From the NCBI GenBank assembly GCA_963843575.1, contig CAWJKZ010000009.1:128001-192000 (forward strand): a stretch of 64,000 nt of DNA. The letters run 5' to 3'. Shown piece by piece: positions 32,401-41,780 of this stretch. Within the stretch, counting starts at the first letter, position 1. Each line of letters opens with the position of its first letter. The stretch comes from an uncultured Acidobacteriota bacterium (GTDB taxonomy: Bacteria > Acidobacteriota > UBA6911). Under the pieces are notes generated by a model. That model had not been told where the DNA came from, made no database searches, and saw only the letters and a list, made by a program, of their open reading frames with translations. The position numbers were made by a program, and so were the translations under genes.

Positions 32401-32631
32401 GGCAAGCAGGTCAGGCACGCGATAGTAACCGTCCGCGGCAGACGCGACTGTTCGTCCGAGCCCGGTGGCGACATTCGCGACTTTGACCGAAGCGCCGGGG
32501 ATGACTGCGCCCGACGCGTCTGTGATACGGCCCTGGATCACGCCGGTGACCTGTGCGAACCCCGTCGTGCAGGCCACAAGCATCAATAACAGAACCGCCA
32601 CAGAGATAGGGGACCACCTAACACTCTTCAT
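29446..32631 (-). CDS. TonB-dependent receptor with N-terminal carboxypeptidase-regulatory-like domain (Oar/Acidobacteria type)
   Basis: ATG 32631 after AGGAG; G.ITDASGAVIPGA.V, TKSGTN..HG, GGP..KDRLFFF..YEG, LTLNLGLRWD, C-terminal aromatic residue (KAIF). Confidence 0.92.
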   Translation of the reverse strand: MKSVRWSPISVAVLLLMLVACTTGFAQVTGVIQGRITDASGAVIPGASVKVANVATGLGRTVASAADGYYRVPDLLAGVYEIRVEQPGFKTMVRKGIELNAQATLQIDATLEVGAAEQTVEVSSEAPQIEMTESRISEVVSTKQIESLPAMGRGLMWLTAMTPGVQSKAEEGRMGQCCDSLQSLASPALSSGGNENKAAFFVDGVAMHYGDATSWNLAFTPNPDAVEEMRVSTNPTSAEEGILSGVQVQMVTKSGTNNIHGTGHFTFLDDTFNALPFNAKAEDVGPWYQRFFGGTVGGPVIKDRLFFFGAYEGLREQRSAPGGSDVIVETQAFKDWVTSKSPNSVAAKVMASDPPFKYADRNLVDLNNDGIMDIGTITMDRPSDRQGNQYNGRADYQSRSAKDRIYGSFWRTRNDQSQLDVRPTMDYAQKTGADLVSLAYVRTFTTSALNELRFSRMHGPNWDWRFKKDRYNVPCIQTEDGISFPSTFSGACSYSYEVQDAKVYSINDTFSWNRGAQTWKFGGSWRRVYLTDPAYLYGDTPAYTFASAIDFANDNPYSEIRSVDAATGELRNPFVEARNMQLSFFAQNSWQVRHGLTLNLGLRWDYYAPHKLDGMQQPRDTYGPLFTNSQVNPQGVTTVANKPVTTSFDKDLNNFSPRISMAWDPKGTGKNVIRAGLFLLHDEFNSLNLYRNFYGNPPISSTLNAGPDYGIPIVYGIAPEGTRNFPINPNLVGPGIDSNWGVFEGTQPTITGYARDLASPTVYDVNVAYQRQVLTNLAATVAYHYRRSTNDLLSYNTNRVSGDLLDGNIDRINPHYGSINLNYNGGRRIYHGMVFELSKRLAHGWQMTGSYSYHNGRTNYGGVTEVFHPELDWARDESSTHGIKMNAVWDLPMFRGRNDVVGTFLGGWQLSGIANIESGPYFNPTTGSRYGDGGDFNADGQRSDRPDMPTSNVPTSFSKSEWMNGAMSASIFPLPSAGDIRIGTLPRNNFHRPGYTRFDLSFGKKFRIGERLALQYQLQSSNILNHVNISGASASLTSASFARASSFYPMRSVQMVFKAIF

Positions 32632-32940
32632 AGTTCTCCTTTTCTGTCTTCCGTTTCGCTCGCTGCAAGGCCTCCCGTGACCCGGTTCGAATCCTGGCAA
32701 AGTACCGCGATGTGAACCGCCTGGTCCGCACCGGACGTAAAGCAGTTTCCGCCGCGTGTCATGGCCTGGGCGTATGCTGGGATCGAGATCTGGACCGGGC
32801 CCTTCGCGCCAGTCCTGATTCTGGTTCTTTCCCGGCAGGCGGGGGACTTTCCGATAGCAAGGGGGTTGAACGCACACCGGGGGCAAGAGGTTTGTCCCCT
32901 TCCGCCGTGCATCGGATCGTCATAGATGGACCAGCCCGGC

Positions 32941-32963
32941 TTGTAAGATGTCTAATGTATGAT
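32941..32963. promoter_or_regulatory. Candidate operator upstream of the TonB-dependent receptor
   Basis: T-TGTAAGA-TGTCTAA-TGTATGA-T, three heptads. Confidence 0.6.
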
Positions 32964-33181
32964 CTATTCGAGATGCAGCCACAAGTCAACTGAAATTTTC
33001 TAACAATTGTTGGAGTGCGGCGGCTCGACCTGAGCTTAGCGTACCATCTCGAGGGGAAACTTGAGGCGGATATCGACAGTCGCCCGGCGGCACCTCGGCG
33101 CCGCCCGCTTGAAGCAGCCGGACACCCGTCAGAACGTCAGCGGTCTCTGTCTGCTCAGAATTTTTCTGTGGCAAAGAATTT

Positions 33182-33204
33182 CGTCATATGTAAGATGTCA
33201 TATT
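33182..33204. promoter_or_regulatory. Candidate operator upstream of the transketolase operon
   Basis: CGTCATA-TGTAAGA-TGTCATA-TT heptads. Confidence 0.6.
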
Positions 33205-33231
33205 AAGACCATACCACTGGGAAGGGACTAG

Positions 33232-34284
33232 ATGAGCAGCGGAGCGATTGACTCACTGGACAGCGCTTCATTCTGGAGACCGTTCCGAAGAGATTCGAGA
33301 CGACGTTACGACTGCCTCCCTCATCACGCCGAATACCCCGAACTGCTGCGCAGCTCGGAGATTCTCGCCTACCTGATCCGGAGCTACACGACCTGGGAGA
33401 TGACCTGCGCGGCGCTGGGACACCCGGGCGGAAGCTTTTCGGAGGCCGAGTGCCTGGCCGTCCTTTTCAATTACGTGCTGCGCTTTGACGCGAAAGATCC
33501 GCAGTGGTCGATGCGGGATGTGTTCTACCTCTCGAAATGCCACGCTGCGCCGGCGCTCTACACGTCTTTGGGGTTGTTTGGGTACTTTCCGATCTCGAGG
33601 CTGAAGCTCTATGGCGCCTGGGGCTCGGGACTTGAATCGCATCCGGACAGCCTGGTGACGCCCGGAATCGAGGTCAGCGGAGGCTCTCTTGGCCAGATCC
33701 CGGGTGTGGCGGTGGGGCGGGCTCTCGCTATCCGTCAGAACGGACCGGATCACGGAGACCGGATGGTCTACGCAGCCCTGGGTGACGGTGAGTGCAACGA
33801 AGGTTCGGTGTGGGAAGCATTCATGGCGGCGGGCCACTACAGGCTGGACAATCTCGCGTTCATCATCGATTACAACAAGGTCGAGGCGAAGGGTTTCCTC
33901 AGCCAGGATATGGGCCTGGAGCCCCTCGCGGATAAGCTGCGTGCCTTCAACCTCGACGTGTACGAAACGCAGAACGGCCACGACGTCGCCGAACTCGTGC
34001 AGGCATTCGACCGAATGAACGCACAGCGGCGCGGCAGGCCGCAGGCACTCATCCTGAACACGATCAAGGGCAAGAAGGTGCGCGAATGCCAGTACAACCC
34101 GAACTGGCACACCTCGGCGCCGCGAGATGCGGCCACGGCCGGAATGTGGCTGGAGGAACTCTGGGACCAGGATGGCCGCAGGCTCGGTATTCCCGAGGAA
34201 TTTCACCGCGCCCTGACCCGCGCCATCGAGATTGTCCCCCCGGTGCACGACAATCCCGACCAGATCCTGGACAGGCAGGCCTAG
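33232..34284 (+). CDS. Split transketolase, N-terminal (ThDP-binding) subunit 1
   Basis: GHPGGSFS, LSKCHAAPALY, SGGSLGQ, GDGECNEG..WEA...DYN. Confidence 0.88.
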   Translation: MSSGAIDSLDSASFWRPFRRDSRRRYDCLPHHAEYPELLRSSEILAYLIRSYTTWEMTCAALGHPGGSFSEAECLAVLFNYVLRFDAKDPQWSMRDVFYLSKCHAAPALYTSLGLFGYFPISRLKLYGAWGSGLESHPDSLVTPGIEVSGGSLGQIPGVAVGRALAIRQNGPDHGDRMVYAALGDGECNEGSVWEAFMAAGHYRLDNLAFIIDYNKVEAKGFLSQDMGLEPLADKLRAFNLDVYETQNGHDVAELVQAFDRMNAQRRGRPQALILNTIKGKKVRECQYNPNWHTSAPRDAATAGMWLEELWDQDGRRLGIPEEFHRALTRAIEIVPPVHDNPDQILDRQA

Positions 34285-34293
34285 GAGACCGAA

Positions 34294-35289
34294 ATGGCCC
34301 AGTTCTATCTGCCTGACAGAAACCGGACAAAGGAAATGCGATACCGGATGGGCTTTGCGCTGGCCGATCTGGCTTACGAATACCCGAAGATCGTCGCCCT
34401 GGACGCGGATCTCCGCAGCTCCACCGGACTGCACATCTTCGAACATTTTCACCCGGCGCGCCTGATCAAGGTCGGTATCGCCGAGCAGAATCTCATTTCC
34501 GTTGCGGCCGGCTACTCGCAGGAAGGGTACATTCCCTTCCCGTGCACGTTCGACGCTTTCAGCCGACGCTTCATGGATCAGCTCTACATCACCGTGGCAT
34601 ATAGCAACTTCAACGTGAAGGTGCTTGGTGCCTACGCCGGCCTGTTCACCGGAAAGTCAGGCGCCACTCACCAGAGCGATAAGGAACTCGGTTTTCTGCT
34701 GCGCGTCCCGAATCTTGTGGTGATCGAGCCCGGCTGCACCCTCGAGTTGGCGCAGGCTCTACGGATCGGAGTGGAAACGCCGGGGCCGTTCTACTTCCGG
34801 ATTGTCCGGTGCGAAGTGGAAGCGAATGAGGTGTTCGAGGGTTACCGATTCCAGGTCGGCAAGGGCGTAACCGTGCTCGACCAGGGGAACGATGTGGGGC
34901 TGGTCACGACGGGTTACATGATCAAGACCGCGCGCCTCGCCGCTGGAAAACTCGCTCAGGAGGGGCTGGGCGTGCGCATCGATCATCACCCTAGCCTGAA
35001 ACCGTTCGACCGCGATCTCCTCTACGACATGGCGAAGAAGGTTTCCGCCATCGTGACCCTCGAAAATCATTGCGTGAGTGGCGGGCTCTATTCGCTGGTT
35101 GCGGAGGCGCTGGCACAGCGAGGCATAGGAGTGCCCGTGGGAGCGATCGGCACTGACCCGAACGATTTCATTCACACGGGGCACGTGAACGATCTGCTTC
35201 ATCGTTACCGGATGACATCGGACGACGTGGTTACGGTCGCGCGCGAGACCGTGGGCGGACGGCGTGCGTCCGCGGCAGGGGCTGTCTGA
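34294..35289 (+). CDS. Split transketolase, C-terminal subunit 1
   Basis: LDADL..ST, GIAEQNL, GATHQ, LKPFD, TLENH. Confidence 0.88.
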   Translation: MAQFYLPDRNRTKEMRYRMGFALADLAYEYPKIVALDADLRSSTGLHIFEHFHPARLIKVGIAEQNLISVAAGYSQEGYIPFPCTFDAFSRRFMDQLYITVAYSNFNVKVLGAYAGLFTGKSGATHQSDKELGFLLRVPNLVVIEPGCTLELAQALRIGVETPGPFYFRIVRCEVEANEVFEGYRFQVGKGVTVLDQGNDVGLVTTGYMIKTARLAAGKLAQEGLGVRIDHHPSLKPFDRDLLYDMAKKVSAIVTLENHCVSGGLYSLVAEALAQRGIGVPVGAIGTDPNDFIHTGHVNDLLHRYRMTSDDVVTVARETVGGRRASAAGAV

Positions 35290-35314
35290 GCTGAACTGGA
35301 GGGGGGGCAGAAGA

Positions 35315-36276
35315 ATGACGCTGGAGCAGCCCGTTCTGATTGAAATGTATCGGCGCATGCGCCGCATCCGCGAATTTGAACTGGCGGCGATCGACCTGTT
35401 CAAGCGGGGGCAGGTCAAGGGCGCCATTCACGCCTGCATCGGACAGGAAGCAGCCGAGGTGGGCGTGTGCATGGCGCTGCGCCGCGACGATGTGATCGCC
35501 GGCACTCACCGCAGCCACGGGCACAACCTTGCGAAGGGGGCCGATCCGGCCAGAATGATGGCGGAGATACTCGGCAAGGCAACCGGATACTGCAAAGGGC
35601 GCGGCGGTTCGATGCACATCGCGGCATTTGAGACCGGGAGTCTGGGCGCGCTGGCGGTGGTCGGATCCGGAATTCCGCTCGCAGTCGGCGCTGCCCTGGC
35701 GTTCAAAATGCGAGGCGAGGACCGCGTGGCTGTTCCTTTCACGGGCGATGCCGGGTGCAATACCGGGAACTGGCATGAAGGCCTGAACCTCGCGGCCATC
35801 TGGAGTCTGCCGGTGGTGTTCGTGCTGGAGAACAACCACTACGGCGTTTCCACGAACATAAAGGATGCGGCGCGAATGTGTGACCTCTCGCTGCGGGCCC
35901 AGGCCTACGGCATCCCCGGAGTTCGAGTCGATGGATTCGACGGACCTGCCGTCTATCGCGCCGCCGCGGAGGCCGTGACGCGCGCGCGGCTGCGGCCAGG
36001 GGCCCACCCTTCTGGTGACGGAATGTTATCGCTTCGAGGGGCATTACGCGGGAGAACCGGAGGTTTATCGGAGCCGCGACGAAGTTGCCGAATGGCGCCG
36101 AAAAGACCCGCTCCCGCGGTTTCACGCATACCTGGTCGACAACGCGACGGTCCCGGCGGATATCCTCGACCGGATCGACGAGGAGGTCAGGGAAGAGATC
36201 GCCGGCGCGGTCGAATTCGCAAAGGCGAGCCCCGAGCCCGATCCCGGGCACAGCCATGGATTACATCTACGCGTGA
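35315..36276 (+). CDS. 2-oxoacid/acetoin dehydrogenase E1 alpha subunit 2, frameshifts near 35990 and 36245
   Basis: GQEA, THRSHGH, GRGGSMH, GDAGCN.G.WHEGLN, then YRFEGH in another frame. Confidence 0.85.
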
Positions 36277-36288
36277 AGGAGCGCATGG

Positions 36289-37360
36289 ATGGCCGAAAAA
36301 GACTCTGTTTCTCTAGGTGCAGTAAAGTCGGCACTCCCGCCCGACCTCGTCGTGCAGGTTGAGCCGGGCACCCCTGCAAAGGAGTTGTCCTACCAGGAAG
36401 CAATCCGCGAAGCGCTGCGAGAAGAGATGGTGCGGGATCCGGGGGTGTTCCTTTTAGGGGAAGATATCGGAAAGCACGGCGGCGCGTTCGGTGTCACACG
36501 GACGCTGTTCGACCAGTTCGGCGCCGATAGGGTTCGCAACACTCCCATTTCCGAAAACACCATCGTGGGGACGGCAACGGGTGCGGCGCTGGCGGGACTC
36601 CGGCCTGTGGCCGAAATCATGTTCGTCGATTTTTCAGGCCTGGCGATGGATCAGATCTGCACGCAGGCGGCCAAACTGCGCTTCATGACGGGCGGGCAGT
36701 GCAGGGTTCCCTGGGTGCTGCGCATGCCGCAGGGGGGCGGGGCCGGGAAATCCACGGCGGCACAGCACTCCCAGAGCCTGGAAGTCTGGTTTGCGCACAT
36801 CCCTGGTTTGAAGGTGGTGCTCCCCTCCACACCGTACGACGCCAAGGGACTCGATGAAGGCCGCCATCCGGGATGACAACCCGGTGATCTTTCTGGAACA
36901 GAAATTCCTGTACGCGTTCCGTGGCCTTGTGCCGGATGGCGACTACGTCCTGCCGCTGGGCCGCTGCGACGTAAAAAGGACCGGTACGGACGCTTCCGTC
37001 GTGGCCTCGGGTTACATGGTGTGGCACGCGATGATGGCCGCTCGCATTCTGGAAAAGGAGGGGGTGAGCGTCGAAGTCGTTGATGTTCGAACGATCAGCC
37101 CTCTCGACGAGGAGACCATCGGGAATTCGGCGTCCAAAACCGGCCGCGTTGTGGTTGTAGCGGAAGCGTGTCGTCAGTACGGTCCCGCAAACGAATGGGC
37201 CATGGTGGCTATCGAGAGAGCTTTTGATTATCTCAAGGCGCCGGTAATACGCGTGACCGGCCGTCATACGCCGGTCCCGTTTGCCAACAGCATTGAGACC
37301 GGCTGCTGGCCTGACACCGAAGACGTCGTAAACGCCATTCGGAAGCTTGTGTCGTACTGA
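36289..37360 (+). CDS. 2-oxoacid/acetoin dehydrogenase E1 beta subunit 2, frameshift near 36852
   Basis: [28 protein letters not shown]; continues as [13 protein letters not shown]. Confidence 0.87.
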
Positions 37361-37381
37361 TACGACGCGACGGAGCACCTT

Positions 37382-38218
37382 ATGGTAGCCAAAATCAAGA
37401 TCGCTTCAATGGTGGGTGCGCCCGACCTGGAATCGCCAACTCTGGCGCCTTTCAGCAGCGACCTGTCGGCTGCATTCGCACGGCTTGCGGCCCTGGGGTA
37501 CGACGGCGTGGAACTGATGACCAAGGACCCGTCCCAACTGGACGGTTCCTGGATCCGGCGCTGCCTGACCAAGAACGGGCTTCGTCTCTGCGGCTTGTGC
37601 AGTGGTCACATTTATGGCGAAGATCAAATGGGCCTTGTGCGCCCGGATCTGACCGTCGATCCCGACGCGAGGAGGCGCCTGGAGGAGTTCGTCGACTTCG
37701 CCTCGAGGTGGTTCGGCGCCGGAACTCTCGTGAACATCGGCCGTTCCCGGGGTGTGGGCGACCCGGACAGAATGGACAGGACGCTGGACACGGCCGCCGG
37801 GGCTATGCGCGAGCTGGCGGAATACGCGAGACCGCGAGGCGTAGGGTTGGTGCTCGAGCCCATCCGGCGGAACGAGGTCAACTTCGTGCACTCGACGCAG
37901 GACGGCCTCGATCTGGCGCGCCGCGTCAATCACCCGAATTTTGGCCTTATGGTCGACACGTATCACATGTACTGGGAGGATAAGGACCTCTATGCGAGCC
38001 TGTGCCAGGGCATTCCTCTTATCTGGCACATCCACCTCTCGGACAACAACCGTTGCTGGCCGGGTAGCGGCGATATCGATTACGAGCGCGTGTTCAGGAT
38101 TCTGCGGGAAACTCACTATTGCGGGTTCGTCTCGATGGAGGTCCGAATCTGGCCGGACGGAGATGCCGCGGCGCGCTCCGGCATAGAACACATTCGGCAG
38201 TTCATCCACAAGGACTGA
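37382..38218 (+). CDS. Sugar phosphate isomerase/epimerase, TIM barrel (AP_endonuc_2; IolO-like)
   Basis: GYDGVEL, LEPI.R.E, DTYHM, HIHLSDNNR..PG.G.ID, SME. Confidence 0.88.
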   Translation: MVAKIKIASMVGAPDLESPTLAPFSSDLSAAFARLAALGYDGVELMTKDPSQLDGSWIRRCLTKNGLRLCGLCSGHIYGEDQMGLVRPDLTVDPDARRRLEEFVDFASRWFGAGTLVNIGRSRGVGDPDRMDRTLDTAAGAMRELAEYARPRGVGLVLEPIRRNEVNFVHSTQDGLDLARRVNHPNFGLMVDTYHMYWEDKDLYASLCQGIPLIWHIHLSDNNRCWPGSGDIDYERVFRILRETHYCGFVSMEVRIWPDGDAAARSGIEHIRQFIHKD

Positions 38219-38224
38219 AATCGT

Positions 38225-39454
38225 ATGGCAACGGAAGTGTTCATCCCGAAAATGACCGACCACATGGAAGGTGCGATCCTCAACCGCTGGCTGGTTCACG
38301 ATGGCGAACACGTGGAACAGGGACAGCCGATCCTGGAGGTGGAGACCGACAAGGCTTCTGCGGAAGTCGAGGCGCCGGCGAGCGGCATTCTCGCCGGCAT
38401 TCGAGTGGAGGAGGGAGCCGAAGTCCCGGTGGGGACCGTAATCGCGTACATCCTTCAGCCCGGTGAAGCTGTGCCGGACCCCGGTGCATCTTCGGCCACT
38501 CCCGGATTGGGGGCCGCCGTCGCGGAGTCTGCCTCGGACGTTCGGGTGCCCGAGCCTGTTGAGTCCACAACCCAGGCCGAGGCCGGAGCGGTGAGAGCGA
38601 CCCCGGTTGCGCGAAGGGTCGCCCGCGAACTCGGGATCGATTTGCGCCTCATAAAAGGAAGCGGGCCGCAGGGCCGCATCAGAGAAGAGGATGTCCGGGC
38701 GGTGCTTGATGCGGGTTCCCGCGCACCGGCTGCCAAACCGGAGGCTGCCCCGGCCACGGTGGCGAGCCCGGATTGGATTGAACTTTCCCGTGTGCAACTC
38801 GCGACAGGCCGCCGGATGGTGGAGAGCGTTCAGACTGCGCCGCATTTCGCTCTTACGGCCACCGCCGATGTCACCGAGACGCTGCGTTGGCAGGCAAATG
38901 TCTCAGAACAGATTCTCGCCGCAACCGGATCCAAGCTGACGATCACCGCGGTACTGGTGAAGGTGTGCGCTGCGGCGCTGCGCCGGTACCCGCGCGCAAA
39001 CGTTTCGTTCGACGCTGGGCGGCTGCGTCTGCATTCCCAAGTGAACATCGGCGTCGCCATCGGTACGGGCGAGGGCCTTGTTGTTCCGGTCATCAAGGAT
39101 GCAGACACGCAGACGCTGGCGGAAGTGGTCTCCCAGCTCGAACGACACCGGGCCAGAGCGCAGTCGAAGCAGCTCAGCCTCGAGGAGCTCAGCGGAGGCA
39201 CCTTCACGATCTCCAACCTGGGCATGTACGGCATAGACCAGTTCACTGCCATCCTCAACCCGCCCGAGAGTGCAATCCTGGCCGTGGGCCGGACCAGGAA
39301 GACACCTGTAGCGATAGCCGACGAGACGCTCGCACTCCGCACGCTCATGACCCTGACCCTGTCCATCGACCACAGAAGTCTCGACGGTGTTCACGGTGCA
39401 AGATTGATGAACGAAATCAAACAACTCTTGGAGGCGCCTGCGGGATTGGTGTAG
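38225..39454 (+). CDS. Dihydrolipoamide acyltransferase (E2)
   Basis: Lipoyl ETDKA; PSBD ATPVARRVA..GID...GSGP.GRI; GTFTISNLG; catalytic DHRSLDG. Confidence 0.93.
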   Translation: MATEVFIPKMTDHMEGAILNRWLVHDGEHVEQGQPILEVETDKASAEVEAPASGILAGIRVEEGAEVPVGTVIAYILQPGEAVPDPGASSATPGLGAAVAESASDVRVPEPVESTTQAEAGAVRATPVARRVARELGIDLRLIKGSGPQGRIREEDVRAVLDAGSRAPAAKPEAAPATVASPDWIELSRVQLATGRRMVESVQTAPHFALTATADVTETLRWQANVSEQILAATGSKLTITAVLVKVCAAALRRYPRANVSFDAGRLRLHSQVNIGVAIGTGEGLVVPVIKDADTQTLAEVVSQLERHRARAQSKQLSLEELSGGTFTISNLGMYGIDQFTAILNPPESAILAVGRTRKTPVAIADETLALRTLMTLTLSIDHRSLDGVHGARLMNEIKQLLEAPAGLV

Positions 39455-39546
39455 AAGGTCTTTAGTATTTCCTAACGGCAAGCACACAGGAGGTTCATAC
39501 GAGCTTATTTCCCACAATCGGTACATCGGAACGGCTGGCGGACAGA

Positions 39547-40230
39547 GTGGCAGCCGAGATTCAGAAACTGATTTCCCGACGAGACCTGCTTCCCGACACG
39601 AAGCTCCCTTCTGAACGCGAACTATGCGAGCAGTTCGGCGTGAGCCGGACGGTCGTGAGGGAAGCGGTCCGTATGCTGGTCAGCAAGGGTCTGCTCGACA
39701 CGCAACGGGGCAGGGGAACAGTGGTATGCCGAATGACGAGCGATCAGATATCCGAGCCGCTCTCCATGCTGATGGCGACTCAGGCCGATCGATTTTCCGT
39801 AGAACACATCCACCAGGTCCGGTCCATCCTGGAGGTGGCCGTCGCACGGCTCGCCGCTCGCCAGGCCACCGACGAAGACCTGGCCCAGCTGCGCGTCCTG
39901 GTGGGCAAGATGGAGCAGTTGGATCCGCACGGCGAAGAATTTGCCGTGCTGGACACCGACTTTCACACGCTGCTGGCCCAGACCACGCACAATCCGTTCC
40001 TTGCTGTGCTGATCAACGCCACCCGGGACGTCATGCAGACCATCCGCCGCCGTGTCCACGATTACGAAGGCCTGGGCCAGATGGTCATCGCGGATCACGG
40101 TAAGATCGTGGAGCACATTGCGGCCCATGACGAGGACGGTGCGGCACGCGCCATGAGCGTGCACCTGGAGCATGCCCTGCAGATTCAACGTCTCCTGATC
40201 AAAGAGTCAGAAGGGAACAACGGAGAATGA
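39547..40230 (+). CDS. FadR/GntR-family transcriptional regulator (true start probably ~39497)
   Basis: KLPSERELCEQFGVSRTVVREA, FCD domain D..FH, H..I...I..HD...A...M..HL; the frame stays open upstream as SLFPTIGTSERLADR. Confidence 0.92.
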   Translation: MAAEIQKLISRRDLLPDTKLPSERELCEQFGVSRTVVREAVRMLVSKGLLDTQRGRGTVVCRMTSDQISEPLSMLMATQADRFSVEHIHQVRSILEVAVARLAARQATDEDLAQLRVLVGKMEQLDPHGEEFAVLDTDFHTLLAQTTHNPFLAVLINATRDVMQTIRRRVHDYEGLGQMVIADHGKIVEHIAAHDEDGAARAMSVHLEHALQIQRLLIKESEGNNGE

Positions 40231-40249
40231 GACGAGCGAAAACCTGCGA

Positions 40250-40335
40250 ATTGTTACGGGGGTCACTGACAATCTTCGGAGTCCTTTAAGTCCTTCGAGT
40301 TTTGGAGGTGAGTTCGACGGCTCACCTCCAAGGCT
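40250..40335. repeat. Hairpin/REP-like or IS-end remnant
   Basis: TTGGAGGTGAG-TTCGACGG-CTCACCTCCAA perfect 11-bp stem; nearby TTACGGGGGTCACTGACA. Confidence 0.4.
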
Positions 40336-40424
40336 CCAGGCACTCGTAGAATCTCGAAGAGCCAGGGAGACCTGGTTCGGAAATTCCCCCACGTCGTCAT
40401 GAAACTTCACCAGGAGCACCGATT

Positions 40425-41759
40425 ATGCGCACTTTGAACGAATCCGCCGCACTGAATGAACGCGCACTCAAGGTGATGCCGGGGCAGCATAGCAATCTCC
40501 CAGGTTACGAGCTGTTCAAACCCATATATATCGTGCGTGGGCAGGGGGCACACCTGTGGGACGTCGACGGCAACGAGTACCTGGACTACATGTCCGGCCT
40601 CGGGGCCGGCATGTTCGGCTACGGCAACCAGGAACTCCTGCAGGCGGTAAAGAACCAGATGGACACGCTCTATTACCTGGATGCCGCCCGTCGCAACCCG
40701 CTCGAAATCGACCTCGCCGAAAAGATCGTGCAGCACGTCCCGTCTGCGGAGCAGGTGCGCTATCTATTGTCGGGGACCGAGGCCGTACAGTTGGTGATCC
40801 GGCTCGCACGCGCCTATACGGGCCGCAATCTTTTCCTCCGCTTCGACGGACATTATCACGGCTGGGTCGACAACGTGCTCGGCGGCAATGTCAATACTAG
40901 CTTGGATGAGCCGCCGCACGGGTTCGAAAAGGAAGGCGACATCTTCCGGACACACGGGCGTGACCCGCTCGCACTGAAGCAATCGTTCAAAATCCCCTGG
41001 AACGACATCCAGCACCTCGAGCGCGTGCTGGAGAAATGGGGAGAGCAGATCGCGCTGGTGATCATGGAGCCTGTCAACTGCAACGGCGGATCATGCTGGC
41101 CCAAACCCGGCTACCTGCAGCGCGTTCGCGAGCTCTGCGACGAGTACGGCATCGTGCTGTGCTTCGACGAAATCATTACTGGGTTCCGCATGGGCCTCGG
41201 CGGGGCGCAGAGCGTCGTCGGCGTGACACCCGACCTGACCACTTTCGGCAAAGGGATCGCAGGCGGCATCCCTTTCTCTGCCGTCGCGGGCAAAGCGAAA
41301 ATCATGAATCTTCTGCTCGAGCGCAAGGTCGTGGGTGCCGGCACCTTCAACGGCTACCCACTCGGGGTCGCTGCCGCGCTGGCGAGCATCCGGCTGATGG
41401 AAAAGGACAACGGCGCATTCTACGCGCAGTGGGACGAAAGGCAGGTTCGGCTGACGGCGGGCCTGATGGAGATCGCGCGCCGCTACAGCACGCCGATGCT
41501 GCTGCAGGAGGTGCGCGGCTGTGTTTTCTACCAGTTCACTGATCTGCCGATCGCCCACAACATGGGCGAGTGGATGGAAAAGTCGGATCACGCGAAGCAG
41601 GAGCGATTCCGAACCGAGTTGTTCCTGACCGGCGCCTTGATACTGTTCCGCGGCCGTTGGTTCGTCAATGGGGCACTCACCCAAAGGGACACCGAAAAAA
41701 CGCTGGAGCTCACCGACGCAGCGATGCGCAAGATCTGCAGCGCCGCGGCAGCACAGTGA
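40425..41759 (+). CDS. Class III PLP aminotransferase (glutamate-1-semialdehyde aminomutase-like)
   Basis: WDVDGNEYLDY, SGTEA, YHGW.D, FDEIITGFR, PDLTTFGKGIAGG, GTFNG. Confidence 0.9.
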   Translation: MRTLNESAALNERALKVMPGQHSNLPGYELFKPIYIVRGQGAHLWDVDGNEYLDYMSGLGAGMFGYGNQELLQAVKNQMDTLYYLDAARRNPLEIDLAEKIVQHVPSAEQVRYLLSGTEAVQLVIRLARAYTGRNLFLRFDGHYHGWVDNVLGGNVNTSLDEPPHGFEKEGDIFRTHGRDPLALKQSFKIPWNDIQHLERVLEKWGEQIALVIMEPVNCNGGSCWPKPGYLQRVRELCDEYGIVLCFDEIITGFRMGLGGAQSVVGVTPDLTTFGKGIAGGIPFSAVAGKAKIMNLLLERKVVGAGTFNGYPLGVAAALASIRLMEKDNGAFYAQWDERQVRLTAGLMEIARRYSTPMLLQEVRGCVFYQFTDLPIAHNMGEWMEKSDHAKQERFRTELFLTGALILFRGRWFVNGALTQRDTEKTLELTDAAMRKICSAAAAQ

Positions 41760-41780
41760 AATCAGAAAGGTACCGACGTC

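Noticed and set aside
32681-32697. GGTTCGAATCC tRNA T-loop motif
   Set aside because: The T-stem is mismatched and I could not build an acceptor, D or anticodon arm.
11361-36900. Programmed frameshifting or phase variation as the cause of split genes
   Set aside because: No slippery heptamers or simple-repeat tracts at the junctions I inspected, and too many sites.
40425-41759. hemL (and hemE at 26632) as tetrapyrrole biosynthesis genes
   Set aside because: Divergent family members in a catabolic context; no other hem/cob genes are present.
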